DNA of 64,000 nt from the human T2T-CHM13v2.0 reference genome, Homo sapiens. This document shows positions 62,811 to 64,000 of this stretch, one piece after another. The stretch is from NCBI RefSeq assembly GCF_009914755.1, contig NC_060929.1, one strand, 5' to 3'. Both the position numbers and the translations under genes were made by a program. Position 1 is the stretch's first letter. Each line of letters begins with the position of its first letter. Below the pieces are notes generated by a model, which was not told the DNA's origin, searched no databases, and saw only the letters and a list, made by a program, of their open reading frames with translations.

Positions 62811-63639
62811 ACCTGTTGATTTCATTCACCTTAGTCTCCCTCAAATTTTTTCCAAAAGAGTTACTAATAGTGTGAAAGCTCTTCTGATGAAGAATGCCAC
62901 TCTGTAGTTTTAACTCAGTAAGTAAGAAAGAATCATAAAACTCAACTAGGGCATTGACAAAATGAAAGTACAGTCAATGACCAAAATCGTCCCTTTTAAT
63001 TTTTCTTCTAGGAATTTAAGAAAAGAAGGCAAATTTAGCACCAGTGGTCCCTGTAAGTGAGCCCTAGGCCATATCTGATGCTTTTTATTTTAGGATCATT
63101 TCCAAAACTAGTTACAATGATTTTATTTGATAAAGTGAAATTCATCCCAATCTCTAGAGGGATACTCAGTCTCTAAATGTTTCAATGGTGCCATCATCTT
63201 ATTTTTAAAAAGAGTCACACTTAGACCTAGATGGTATGTTAATGAATATATAATATAAGGTTTGAATTTTTGTGTAATTTTTATATTTAGTTAAACTTTC
63301 TGTTTTAAAAAGGAAGTCTGGCATCTTGAGAATTCTAAGACCGTTTACCAAACTTATTCTGCATTGAAGATTGGAGTATGAGGTTTTGTGGGAGCTTGGT
63401 ATCATTTAGTGTTTTATGAGCAATAACATGAATGGTAAGATAATTTTAGGAAGTGGTAGACAGATTGGATTCACTTGGAACACAGCCAGAAAAATCAATA
63501 AATGATTATTTACTAATTCAGAAAAGATGATGATTCTAAGTCTTTTAAAATGCATTTTTAAAAACTGTTTTACAAATCAGCAAGAAAAAAAAGGGCGCAA
63601 AGGGCATGAATAGACAATGCTCAAAAGAAGATATACAAA

Positions 63640-64000
63640 TGGGAGAGAATCCACAGACCCTCTGTATAGGAAGCAGATTGTTCCTGCAGGCCCCAGGAGA
63701 CAACCGAAAAACTCTGAAGACAAAGGACATAACCTCTTGGGAGCTCTAGGCTCTACCTACCACCTGATCCTCCCTGTACTACCACAGCTGATGCTCTCTT
63801 GAAAGTGCCACCTCCTGGCAGGAGGCCAACCAACACAAAACACTGCAATAAACAAATCTACAACTAAGGACCCTCACAGAGTCCATTTCACTTTCCTGCC
63901 ACCTCCACTGGAGCAGGTGCTGCTATACATGGCTGAGAGACCTGAAGATGGTTTACACCACAAGACTCTGTGTAGACACCCCCCACTACCAGCCCAGACC
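63640..64000 (+). mobile_element. Start of an L1PB-type 5' region running off the window
   Basis: gaaagtgccacctcctggcaggaggccaacc...ctaaggaccctcacagagtccatttcac...ggagcaggtgctg resembles recalled L1PB 5'UTR. Confidence 0.6.

Overview
Primate (very probably human) genomic DNA from inside the CAMK4 gene (Ca2+/calmodulin-dependent protein kinase IV), which is transcribed on the + strand. Only two short coding exons are supported: 47002-47092 (catalytic loop HRDLKPEN) and 49445-49519 (DFG motif and activation loop). The rest is intron and is dominated by transposable elements: about 22 Alus, a complete THE1/MaLR provirus, THE1, MER11 and other solo LTRs, a young L1PA fragment nested in the MER11 LTR, an internally deleted old L1MA-type element, Tigger/hAT DNA-transposon relics, L2/MIR fragments and microsatellites. 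Nearly all ORFs in the supplied track are repeat-derived or spurious. No new protein-coding system is evident. The most interesting unexplained structure is a 43-nt inverted repeat, not Alu-derived, that brackets the frameshifting 91-nt catalytic exon; its upstream arm can instead form a mutually exclusive local hairpin. A pre-miRNA-sized hairpin at about 11.95-12.05 kb is also unexplained. Repeat subfamily names come from memory of consensus sequences, not from a database search, and boundaries of old repeats are approximate.
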